Shown piece after piece: positions 39,150 through 47,848 of a DNA stretch of 64,000 nucleotides (the stretch's first letter is position 1; every line of letters begins with the position of its first letter). Below the pieces are notes generated by a model. The model was not told the origin of the DNA, searched no databases, and worked only from the letters and a program-made list of their open reading frames with translations. The translations under genes were made by a program, and so were the position numbers. The stretch lies in the NCBI GenBank assembly GCA_947571655.1, contig CANOYR010000003.1:3408-67407 (forward strand). The letters are read 5' to 3'. Origin of the DNA: an uncultured Bacillales bacterium (lineage in GTDB: Bacteria > Bacillota_I > Bacilli_A > RF39 > UBA660).

Positions 39150-39335
39150 ATGGCAGTACCATTCAGAAAAGTATCTAAAACAAGAAAGAGAATGAGAAGA
39201 AGTCATAATGCTTTAACAGCTGTCGGAACAACAAAATGTACAAATTGTGGAGAGATGATTCGTCCACATAGAGTTTGTCCAGCATGTGGTTTCTATAAAG
39301 GAAAAGAAGAAGTTAGTAAAGAAGACGCTGAATAA
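39150..39335 (+). CDS. rpmF: 50S ribosomal protein L32
   Basis: [22 protein letters not shown] plus a CxxC...CxxC zinc ribbon. Confidence 0.9.
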   Translation: MAVPFRKVSKTRKRMRRSHNALTAVGTTKCTNCGEMIRPHRVCPACGFYKGKEEVSKEDAE

Positions 39336-39401
39336 GCGTTTTTTTTATTCGACAAAATAGACGTTATAAAAAATTTAAAATGGAACTAGGGTGAAGATAA
39401 A

Positions 39402-40184
39402 ATGAAGATTTACTTAGACCTAGTTTTTTTTATTAATTTTTTCTTTGACTATCTTCTTTTAATTACTGTAAATAAAATATTAAAAAGAAATGCAAAAAAG
39501 AAAAGAATCTTTTTAGGGGCACTTATAGGTAGTCTTAGTACCTTCTTTTTATTCTTTTCTTTTGATTCTATTGAATTGTTTCTTTTTAAGGTTTTTCTTT
39601 CGGTTCTTATGATTTTAATTTCTTTTTCTCATCATTCATTCAGGGATACTGTTATCAATTTGGCTTATTTATATTTTGTTAGTATTTTGCTTGGAGGCTT
39701 TCTTTACTATTTAAATTTAGAATTTTCATATGATGTTATCCGTAGTATATTTGTGAAGAAAGGTAATTCTAGAAATTTATTATTCCTTTGTCCTACAATC
39801 TTATACATTTATGTTAAGCAGAGTGCTTATCAAAAGAGGAGAAATGCAAATCTTTATTGTATTGAATTAGTTAGTGGAAGGAGGAGATATCAGTATACAG
39901 GTTATCTTGATACAGGAAATAGACTTTATGATCCTTATACGAAGCGTCCTGTTCATTTGTTGTATGATCCTTCCTATCAACCTTCTAAAAAACAAAAAGT
40001 ATTATATGTTCCTTATCATGGGGTTGGAGGAAGTGGAATTTTACCTTGCGTTTTTTTTGATAAGATGATTATTGATCAAAAAAAAGAAGTTTCAAAAGTT
40101 TTAATTGGAATTAGTAAGGAGGCTTTTCATATCGATGGAGTTCATATGATTTTACAAAGTGATGAAATTCTTCAAGATTCCTAG
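39402..40184 (+). CDS. spoIIGA: Sporulation sigma-E factor-processing peptidase SpoIIGA
   Basis: Multi-pass membrane N-terminus and a C-terminal aspartic protease motif GYLDTGNRLYDPYTKRPV, which matches SpoIIGA LIDSGNQLYDP. Confidence 0.8.
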   Translation: MKIYLDLVFFINFFFDYLLLITVNKILKRNAKKKRIFLGALIGSLSTFFLFFSFDSIELFLFKVFLSVLMILISFSHHSFRDTVINLAYLYFVSILLGGFLYYLNLEFSYDVIRSIFVKKGNSRNLLFLCPTILYIYVKQSAYQKRRNANLYCIELVSGRRRYQYTGYLDTGNRLYDPYTKRPVHLLYDPSYQPSKKQKVLYVPYHGVGGSGILPCVFFDKMIIDQKKEVSKVLIGISKEAFHIDGVHMILQSDEILQDS

Positions 40185-40259
40185 TCTTCGACATATTTCT
40201 AGAAAATGAATTTCTATAATAAAATTATCTATCATATATTAAAGAAAGGGAGGATAATC

Positions 40260-40949
40260 ATGATAGGAATATTTTTACTGATTATTTTATTTACACAAAA
40301 ACAGGATGCGTTATTTTATGTTGGAGCAGTTGATCGTTTGCCAGAACCATTAAAAAAAGAGGAAGAGGAATTTTATATTGAACTTTCTTGTGATGGTGAT
40401 GCTTTTGCTAGAGATAAATTAATTGAACATAATTTAAGGTTAGTTGTTTTTCTTGCTAAAAAATATGAAAATACGAGGGTAGATTTAGAAGATTTAGTGA
40501 GTATTGGAACGATTGGTTTAATTAAAGGAATTAAAACATTTAGTAAAGATAAAAATATAAAGTTAGCGACTTATGCTTCTAGATGTATCGATAATGAAAT
40601 CTTAATGTATCTAAGGAAAAATAAAAGAACAAGGACAGAAGTTAGTTTTGATGAATCTTTAAGTTTTGATGCAGATGGAAATGAGCTTCACTTAGAAGAT
40701 ATTTTAGGAACAGAACCAGATATTGTTACTAAGGGAATTGAAAAAGAAACAGAAAGAGATTTAGTAATGCAAGAGATTAATAAATTAGAAGACCGAGATA
40801 AAGAAATTATTATGCTTCGGTATGGATTGATGGGAAAGAAGGAAATGACACAAAAGGATGTTGCTGATCTTTTAGGAATTAGTCAGTCATATATTTCAAG
40901 GATTGAGAAAAAGGTAATTCGAAGACTTCAAAATTTAGTAAAATGTTAA
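40260..40949 (+). CDS. sigE: Pro-sigma-E (RNA polymerase sporulation sigma factor)
   Basis: Hydrophobic pro-sequence, then region 2 (NLRLVVFLAKKYENTRVDLEDLVSIGTIGLIKGIKTF, KLATYASRCIDNEILMYLRK) and a region 4 HTH. RBS aaagggagg precedes ATG 40260. Confidence 0.85.
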   Translation: MIGIFLLIILFTQKQDALFYVGAVDRLPEPLKKEEEEFYIELSCDGDAFARDKLIEHNLRLVVFLAKKYENTRVDLEDLVSIGTIGLIKGIKTFSKDKNIKLATYASRCIDNEILMYLRKNKRTRTEVSFDESLSFDADGNELHLEDILGTEPDIVTKGIEKETERDLVMQEINKLEDRDKEIIMLRYGLMGKKEMTQKDVADLLGISQSYISRIEKKVIRRLQNLVKC

Positions 40950-41001
40950 ATTTTTATTGAGAAATTTTTTTAAATGAAAAATGATGATTTTTCATCATCA
41001 T

Positions 41002-41913
41002 TTAAAATATACAGGTTTTTAAAATTCTTTCTGTATTTTTAAAGTTGTATTTTGCAATTTCTTTTAGTTTATCTTCTCCAAATTTTTGAACGATTTCTTC
41101 TCCAATTGTATCTACATTTTTACCAGCTCCTTTTGGAAGTGGAATATGAAGAGAATCAGAAAGTTTGTCAAATTCTTTTAAGAAAAGATAGCGACTAATA
41201 ATTGAAGAACAGGCAACTGCTAAGTTTTTATCTTCTGCCTTTGTCATGAAAGTAATTCCTCTTTGAATTTGTGTAGAATCTTTGATATAGTCATAATATC
41301 TTGTTTCTTTGGCAAATTCATCAACTATAATATAGTCATATTCTTCTTTGACTTCATGTACTAGTTGATAGAGGACTTTATTATGTAGGATGGCTTTAAT
41401 TTTATTCATATTGTGATCATTCCCATGTTTTTCGTTATATTCTTTATTGTTTAAAATGATACTTTTATATTGAATTTTTTTGGCAATCTCAGGAGCAATT
41501 TTTAAAATTGTTTCATCACTAATTTTTTTTGAATCACGGATTCCTAGCTTTTCTAAAAAAGAGATATCTTCTTTTTTTACGAAACTGGCAGTTACAACAA
41601 TAGGACCAAAATAATCTCCTGTTCCTACTTCATCAGATCCAATTGAGGAACAATGATGGTATTTTTGAAGATGTTCTTTTTTCTGCTCTTGTGGTTCCTT
41701 TGTTTGTCCATCAATTTCTCTCCACATATTACTATCTATATCTGCACTAACTCCTTGAAACATGATTTTTCCACTTTCGTACATTGTAATTACAGTGTCT
41801 TCATCTTGTGCTTGAAATACAACATAAGGAATGACTTTTTCTCGTTTTTTTCCTTCATAATATTGAATCATTTTTTTTCTTGTTTCTTCATTTACTCGAA
41901 TGACTACATTCAT
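41002..41913 (-). CDS. rnhC: Ribonuclease HIII
   Basis: N-terminal TBP-like domain plus an RNase HII/HIII catalytic core (GSDEVGTGDYFGP). The likely start is MNVV, after the minus-strand RBS gaggga. Confidence 0.75.
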   Translation of the reverse strand: MNVVIRVNEETRKKMIQYYEGKKREKVIPYVVFQAQDEDTVITMYESGKIMFQGVSADIDSNMWREIDGQTKEPQEQKKEHLQKYHHCSSIGSDEVGTGDYFGPIVVTASFVKKEDISFLEKLGIRDSKKISDETILKIAPEIAKKIQYKSIILNNKEYNEKHGNDHNMNKIKAILHNKVLYQLVHEVKEEYDYIIVDEFAKETRYYDYIKDSTQIQRGITFMTKAEDKNLAVACSSIISRYLFLKEFDKLSDSLHIPLPKGAGKNVDTIGEEIVQKFGEDKLKEIAKYNFKNTERILKTCIF

Positions 41914-42154
41914 AAAATCCCTCATTTCTGTCTTTATTTTATTATACCGTAAAATTTTCGACTTTACCAAAAAAATAATCGATTGACTTGGAATTATTTA
42001 ATTTTACTAAATTGGTATTGTATGATTCAGAAAAATTTATCCAATAATAGTTGTTACTATCAAAAAAAAGGAAAAGAAGATTAATTTATTTTTGTCTGTT
42101 GTAAAATCAAAAAAATATCGCTATAATAAATAATAGAAAGAGAGTGTGAAGGAA

Positions 42155-42874
42155 ATGAACGTTACCAATATTGTAGATGTATTGATTGTATTGGGTATTT
42201 TATTATGTGGAATTACAGGAATGAAGCGAGGTGGGATCAAACAGCTTGTAGGCACGATTGGATTTATTTTTGTGTTAATTTTAGCATTTCAACTAAAAAA
42301 TCCGTTGGCAGAATTTTTAAGTCTTCATCTTCCTTTTTTTAAATTTAGTGGTGCTTATCAAGGTGTTACGGCTTTAAATATTTTAATTTATCAACTGATT
42401 GCTTTTTTAGTTGTATTAGCCATATTAGAGGGAATTTTAAAACTTGTTCTTGCAGTTACTGGAATTTTAGAGAAACTTTTAAAGATGACAATTATTTTAG
42501 CACTTCCATCTAAGATTTTAGGATTTATTGTTGGTTTAGTAGAAGGATTTCTTATTGTTTTCATTATCTTATTGGTGTTACATCAACCAATGTTTCATAT
42601 TCAATCGTTTGAAGGTAGTAAGTTGACTGATAAAATTTTAAAATCAACTCCACTTATGTCTAATTTTGCGAATGGAATTGTAACTACAGTGAATGATATT
42701 TATGAGGTAGGAAAAGGTTATACAGAACAGAGTGATTCTAATGAGTTGAATAAACAAACAATTGAGATTATGTTAAAACATAAGGTTATTACAGTAGATT
42801 ATGTGGAGAAATTAGTAGAGCGTGGAAAGATTGATGTTTTAGGAATTGATAATATTATGAATCAGTATCGATAA
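42155..42874 (+). CDS. CvpA-family membrane protein
   Basis: Four TM helices typical of CvpA. It is divergent from rnhC, as Bacillus rnhC is divergent from the zapA-yshB cluster. Confidence 0.65.
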   Translation: MNVTNIVDVLIVLGILLCGITGMKRGGIKQLVGTIGFIFVLILAFQLKNPLAEFLSLHLPFFKFSGAYQGVTALNILIYQLIAFLVVLAILEGILKLVLAVTGILEKLLKMTIILALPSKILGFIVGLVEGFLIVFIILLVLHQPMFHIQSFEGSKLTDKILKSTPLMSNFANGIVTTVNDIYEVGKGYTEQSDSNELNKQTIEIMLKHKVITVDYVEKLVERGKIDVLGIDNIMNQYR

Positions 42875-42886
42875 GGAGGATATGAT

Positions 42887-43201
42887 ATGGAATTAAAAAA
42901 TGAAAATTTTCACGAAGAAATTAAAAATGGAGTTACGTTGGTAGATTTTTATGCAACTTGGTGTGGTCCATGTAAAATGATGCATCCCATCATTGAAAAG
43001 ATAGAAAAGAAGTATCCAAAAGTCAAAGTAATTAAAGTAGATGTTGATTTACATGAAGAGTTATCTAGAGAATATGGAATTATGTCAATTCCTACGTTAT
43101 GTTTCATAAAGAATGGTGAGATTGTAGAAAAAAATATTGGGTTTACTTCAGAGAATCAATTAGAAAAATGGATAGAGAATTATCAATCAGAGGAATTATA
43201 A
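42887..43201 (+). CDS. trxA: Thioredoxin
   Basis: WCGPC active site in a 104-aa protein. Confidence 0.85.
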   Translation: MELKNENFHEEIKNGVTLVDFYATWCGPCKMMHPIIEKIEKKYPKVKVIKVDVDLHEELSREYGIMSIPTLCFIKNGEIVEKNIGFTSENQLEKWIENYQSEEL

Positions 43202-43316
43202 TTCTCTTTTTTTTATATTGAGTTCATTTCTTAAGGATTGACGGAATCTAAAAAATAGGATACAATCTGAATAAATTTTTAAAATCTAAAAATTGTAAAT
43301 GATAGAGGAGAAAGTT

Positions 43317-44000
43317 ATGGAAAATATGCTGAAATCACAAGTAAGAGGAAATTTAGTAGTTATTAGTGGTCCTTCAGGTGCTGGGAAGGGAAGTATTATT
43401 CAAGAAATTTTGAAGGATAATTTAAATGTTTGGTTATCAATTTCTATGACGTCTAGAAAAAGTCGTGATGGGGAAGTCAATGGAAGAGAGTACTATTTTG
43501 TAACAAGAGAGGAATTTGAGGAGGGAATAAAGAATCAAGAACTTTTAGAGTATACAGAATATAGTGGAAATTATTATGGAACTCCTCGTGGGAAAATTAA
43601 TGAGCATCTTCAATCTGGGCAAGATGTTATTTTAGAAATTGAAATCGAAGGTGCCTTAAAAATAAAGGAATTGGTAAAAGGGGCTTTATTTATATTTATT
43701 ATGCCTCCTAATATGAAGGAGCTAAAAAGAAGATTAGAAAATAGAAAGACAGAGACACAAGATAAGGTAATGATGAGATTTAAGCGTGCCTATCAAGAGA
43801 TAAATGAAGTAACAAAGTATAATTATGTTGTTGTAAATGATGAACTTAAAAATGCTGTAAATAAAGTAAAGTCTATTTTGCTTGCTGAGCGTTGTCGAGT
43901 AGATCGAATCGAAGAAATTTACATTGGAAATCAGGAAGAGCTTCTTCATGAAAGTCTTGTGGATAATAAGAATATTGTCAATTTAGAGAATAAAATATAA
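43317..44000 (+). CDS. gmk: Guanylate kinase
   Basis: P-loop ISGPSGAGKGS, then SMTSR...REGEVNGREYYFV and YGTP motifs. RBS agaggag precedes ATG 43317. Confidence 0.75.
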   Translation: MENMLKSQVRGNLVVISGPSGAGKGSIIQEILKDNLNVWLSISMTSRKSRDGEVNGREYYFVTREEFEEGIKNQELLEYTEYSGNYYGTPRGKINEHLQSGQDVILEIEIEGALKIKELVKGALFIFIMPPNMKELKRRLENRKTETQDKVMMRFKRAYQEINEVTKYNYVVVNDELKNAVNKVKSILLAERCRVDRIEEIYIGNQEELLHESLVDNKNIVNLENKI

Positions 44001-44080
44001 AAAAATTAGACATTTTTTTCTTTTTTCTTGTTGTTTTTATAAAAAGGAATTATACTTAAATAGAAAAGGAGTGAAGTAAG

Positions 44081-45325
44081 ATGTATTGTGGTGAGTGTGG
44101 AACTAAGCTAAAGAAAAACGACATTTTTTGTGGAAATTGTGGTACTAAAGTCGAGCAGACAACAGAGGCCAAAGAATCTTCTTCTAATTCCTCGTCTAAG
44201 CAAGTAGTACCAAAAAAGCCAATGTCAAAGTCTAAAAAAATACTATTTGCGATATGTGCAGTTGTAGTGGTTGTATTAGTTTTAGGATATCAGTTTCTTG
44301 ATAAAAAATATGGTCCTAAGGGAGTTGCCGCTGAATATATAGAGGCTCTTATTCATCAAGACGCAAATGCTTTATATGATTATTTACATTTGGAAGGAGA
44401 TACTACTTTTACCAGTAGAGAGCAATTTGAAGAAATTGTTCGAGATTCAGAATCTAATTCATCTATTCAAAATTATAAAATTGGAGAAGTAGTGTATGGA
44501 GATGGGAAACTTAGTGCACGAGTAAAGATTCATTTCACTTTTAAGGATACACAAATGGAAACGACAGAAACAATTGATTTAATTAAGACAAAAAAGAAAA
44601 AATATTTGTTTTTTGACGTTTGGGAATTGAATCAAAATTTTGATTCTGTTTTAGTAAAAGATTATCAGGTAAAAGTTCCAAAAAATTCAGAAGTATCCAT
44701 TAACAAAATTTTGTTAGATAAGAAATATTTTGATAAAAAGGATTCAACTACAGAGTGGGATGTTTATAAAATTCCTCAGATTTTTAAATCAGAAGTAGAC
44801 ATAATATCAACAATCGCTGGTTTTGAGGTAGAGGAAAAAGTGGTGCCATCTAGTTTTGGATATACAGCATCCTTAGAACTTGATTCTTTATCAAAAGAGG
44901 ATAAGGAAAAACTAGAGAAGCAATTAATGACAGATATGACAACCATTTATCAAAATCTAATCGAAGGTAAGACTTGGGATAGTATTTCAGATTCTTATAA
45001 TTTTGAAGGGGCAGATTTAGAGGAATTGGAGGAAACATATCAATCCTTATATGAAGATGTTGTAAATGATGAGTATAGAAAATTGAAAAAATTTGAAATT
45101 ACTTCTATGAAAGTTAATTCTTTAACATCAGATGATGATGGAGAGATTCGAATTGGAGTAAAATTGAGTTACAACTATACAATTGACTATAAAAAATATG
45201 ATGATTCCATTGAGGAGAGAACAGGAAAGAATAGTTCAAATTCAATATTGATTTACCAATTTTCAGGTAATAAGCTTAGATTAATTGATGCGTCTTATCT
45301 AGTATCATATTTCTCAGCCTATTAA
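44081..45325 (+). CDS. Zinc-ribbon membrane protein with large extracytoplasmic domain
   Basis: N-terminal MYCGECGTKLKKNDIFCGNCG zinc ribbon, one TM helix (ILFAICAVVVVVLVLGY), then about 340 aa of extracellular domain. Confidence 0.5.
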   Translation: MYCGECGTKLKKNDIFCGNCGTKVEQTTEAKESSSNSSSKQVVPKKPMSKSKKILFAICAVVVVVLVLGYQFLDKKYGPKGVAAEYIEALIHQDANALYDYLHLEGDTTFTSREQFEEIVRDSESNSSIQNYKIGEVVYGDGKLSARVKIHFTFKDTQMETTETIDLIKTKKKKYLFFDVWELNQNFDSVLVKDYQVKVPKNSEVSINKILLDKKYFDKKDSTTEWDVYKIPQIFKSEVDIISTIAGFEVEEKVVPSSFGYTASLELDSLSKEDKEKLEKQLMTDMTTIYQNLIEGKTWDSISDSYNFEGADLEELEETYQSLYEDVVNDEYRKLKKFEITSMKVNSLTSDDDGEIRIGVKLSYNYTIDYKKYDDSIEERTGKNSSNSILIYQFSGNKLRLIDASYLVSYFSAY

Positions 45326-45351
45326 AATAAAATAAAAAAGGAGTGAAAAAA

Positions 45352-46125
45352 ATGGCAAAATTTTGCACAAAGTGTGGAAAAAAGTTAGAAGAAGGAGAAG
45401 TATGTAATTGTACAAAAAAAACTTCTAAAAAAACGGTAGAAAAAGAGGAGAAAGCAGTTAAGGAGGAAGTAAAAGCAGTAGAATCTTTACCAACTAGTTC
45501 TGCGAATGACTATATCAATAAATATATTGAAGTTGTGAAAGGAATTTTTACACATCCAATAGATACAATGAAAAAGTATGGAACGAGTGAGCATTTTAAT
45601 TTGGGATTAATTATGATTGCTGTGAATTGTTTCATTACAGTATTATTTGTTTATTTAGGATTTAAGGAATTAATTTCAGTAATGACAGAATCTCGTGAAT
45701 TAAGTTCTGTTTTTGGACTTGGATATGGTTTTGGTTATGGAGATATATCTCTTCCAATAGAAGTTTTAATTAAAATCTTTATAATGATGGCTGGAGGATT
45801 TGCTACCACTGCAGCAATGCTTTATGTAATTGCAGGACCTGTACTTAAAACAAAGGCAGATATTAAGCAATTATTCTCATTGGTTGGTGTTTGTTCTGTA
45901 CTTACTACTGTTACAACGATTGTGGCTACTTTATGTATGTATATTTCAGAAAAAATAATGTTCATTGTATTATTGGTATCTGGTGTATTGTATTTGACAC
46001 ACTTATATCATGGATTTCAAAAATCAACAGAAGTGGAAGAAAACAAGATGGGGTATACCTATGTTGTGGCAATTTCAGTTGCAACATTTGTAGTAGTATA
46101 TTTATTACCAAAAATTTTATTCTAA
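45352..46125 (+). CDS. Zinc-ribbon membrane protein (paralogous architecture to upstream gene)
   Basis: N-terminal FCTKCGKKLEEGEVCNC, a K/E-rich linker, then about 5 TM helices. Confidence 0.5.
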   Translation: MAKFCTKCGKKLEEGEVCNCTKKTSKKTVEKEEKAVKEEVKAVESLPTSSANDYINKYIEVVKGIFTHPIDTMKKYGTSEHFNLGLIMIAVNCFITVLFVYLGFKELISVMTESRELSSVFGLGYGFGYGDISLPIEVLIKIFIMMAGGFATTAAMLYVIAGPVLKTKADIKQLFSLVGVCSVLTTVTTIVATLCMYISEKIMFIVLLVSGVLYLTHLYHGFQKSTEVEENKMGYTYVVAISVATFVVVYLLPKILF

Positions 46126-46269
46126 AAGGTGAATAGGAAGCTATGGATGATAGTTTCCTTTTTAATTTAGAGAATAGGTTTTGTTAAAACTTATGAAATA
46201 AAAAAGTTTTCTTGAATTTTTGTTAAAAGTGTTGTAAACTAATCATAGATTCTTAGAAAGAAGAGTAAC

Positions 46270-46460
46270 GAAATTTCTTTTTTTAGAGAGGATATGGTTG
46301 GTGAAAATATCTATTAGAAATGAGTGAAGACACTTTCTATTAAAAGAAACGTAATTCTGCGTTAAAGAAGATAAGCATAAGTAATTATGGAAATAAGGTG
46401 GCACCACGAATTGATATTCGTCCTTTGTAGTGTTACCTTTTTCTTTTTAATCAAGAAAGG
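46270..46460 (+). promoter_or_regulatory. T-box leader of the hisS-aspS operon
   Basis: AGAGA at 46286, GGTGAAA and AGTGAAGACAC elements, and a GACAC specifier region at ~46329-46333. The T-box core AATAAGGTGGCACCACG is at 46391-46407. A terminator stem AAGGTGGCAC/GTGTTACCTT is followed by a U-run. Confidence 0.6.
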
Positions 46461-46469
46461 AAGAAGAAT

Positions 46470-47831
46470 ATGATAATAAAACAAAAAGGATGTCATGATA
46501 TTTATGGATTAGAAGCAAAAAAATGGAATTATGTATCTCAAGTAATTGATGCTGTTTGTGAAAGATATCATTATGATTTTATTCGTACTCCAATTTTTGA
46601 AGCAAGTGAACTATTTCATCGTAGTATTGGGGAAGAAACAGATGTCGTTCGTAAAGAGATGTATGATTTTAAGGATAAGGGAAATCGTGACATTACTCTA
46701 AGACCAGAGGGAACAGCAGGAGTAATCCGAAGCTATATTGAAAATAAAATGTATGGTGATTCTGTACAACCTGTGAAGCTATATTATAATGGAACGATGT
46801 ATCGATATGAGCGTCCACAATCTGGAAGAGATCGGGAACTTACTCAATTTGGAGTTGAAGTTTTAGGAAGTGATGATCCAATGATTGATGCGGAGGTTAT
46901 TTCTCTTGCTGTTAATATTTATAAAATTTTGGGGTTAAAAGGAATTAAAGTAAATATTAATTCTTTGGGAGATCAAGAGTCGAGAGATAATTATCGAAAG
47001 GTCTTGATTGATTACTTTACTCCATATGTGAATGAATTGTGTGAAGATTGTAAGATCCGCTTAGAAAAAAATCCACTTCGTATCTTAGATTGTAAGATAG
47101 ATTGTCAATTAGAAATTATGAAGAATGCTCCTATTATAGTAGATTATTTAAATGAAGAGAGTAAGAAGCGATTTTTGGCTGTTCAAAAGTATTTAGATTT
47201 ATTAGATATTGAATATGAAGTTAATCCATCGATTGTCCGAGGATTAGATTATTATAATCATACGGTATTTGAAATTGAGGCAGATATTGAAGATTTTGGT
47301 AGTCAAAATGTGTTAGGTGGTGGTGGAAGGTATAATCATTTGGTATCGCAACTTGGAGGTCCAGAAACTCCTGGAATTGGGTTTGCGATGGGAATTGGAC
47401 GCCTTATTCTTGCTTTAGAAAAAGAAGAAATTCAATTGCCAATAGAGGAAGGAATTGATGTATTCGTAATGTATGTATCTGATACAGAGAAAGAATATGC
47501 GGTTACTCTAGTTCAAGAACTTCGTATGAATGGATTTAAAGCAGAAACAGAATATATGAATCGAGGTTTAAAAGGACAGTTTAAGCAAGCAGACCGTTTG
47601 AAAAGTAAATTTTTAATTTTGTTAAATGATGAAGAATTAAAGGAAAATCAAATAAAAATAAAAAATAATCAGACTAAGGAAGAGAATTTTATAGAGCTTG
47701 ATTATATTCTATATTACTTAGATGAGCAACTTTCCTCTTTTGAAGAGAGTGATTGTAATTGTGGACATCATCATGAAGAGGGACATCATTGTCATTGCCA
47801 ACATAAAGATGATGGAGAAATTAATTTTTAA
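46470..47831 (+). CDS. hisS: Histidine--tRNA ligase with His/Cys-rich C-terminal tail
   Basis: Class II aaRS motifs and anticodon-binding domain. The additional C-terminal tail reads ...ESDCNCGHHHEEGHHCHCQHKDDGEINF. Confidence 0.9.
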   Translation: MIIKQKGCHDIYGLEAKKWNYVSQVIDAVCERYHYDFIRTPIFEASELFHRSIGEETDVVRKEMYDFKDKGNRDITLRPEGTAGVIRSYIENKMYGDSVQPVKLYYNGTMYRYERPQSGRDRELTQFGVEVLGSDDPMIDAEVISLAVNIYKILGLKGIKVNINSLGDQESRDNYRKVLIDYFTPYVNELCEDCKIRLEKNPLRILDCKIDCQLEIMKNAPIIVDYLNEESKKRFLAVQKYLDLLDIEYEVNPSIVRGLDYYNHTVFEIEADIEDFGSQNVLGGGGRYNHLVSQLGGPETPGIGFAMGIGRLILALEKEEIQLPIEEGIDVFVMYVSDTEKEYAVTLVQELRMNGFKAETEYMNRGLKGQFKQADRLKSKFLILLNDEELKENQIKIKNNQTKEENFIELDYILYYLDEQLSSFEESDCNCGHHHEEGHHCHCQHKDDGEINF

Positions 47832-47848
47832 AGAAGAGAGGAGAAGTC

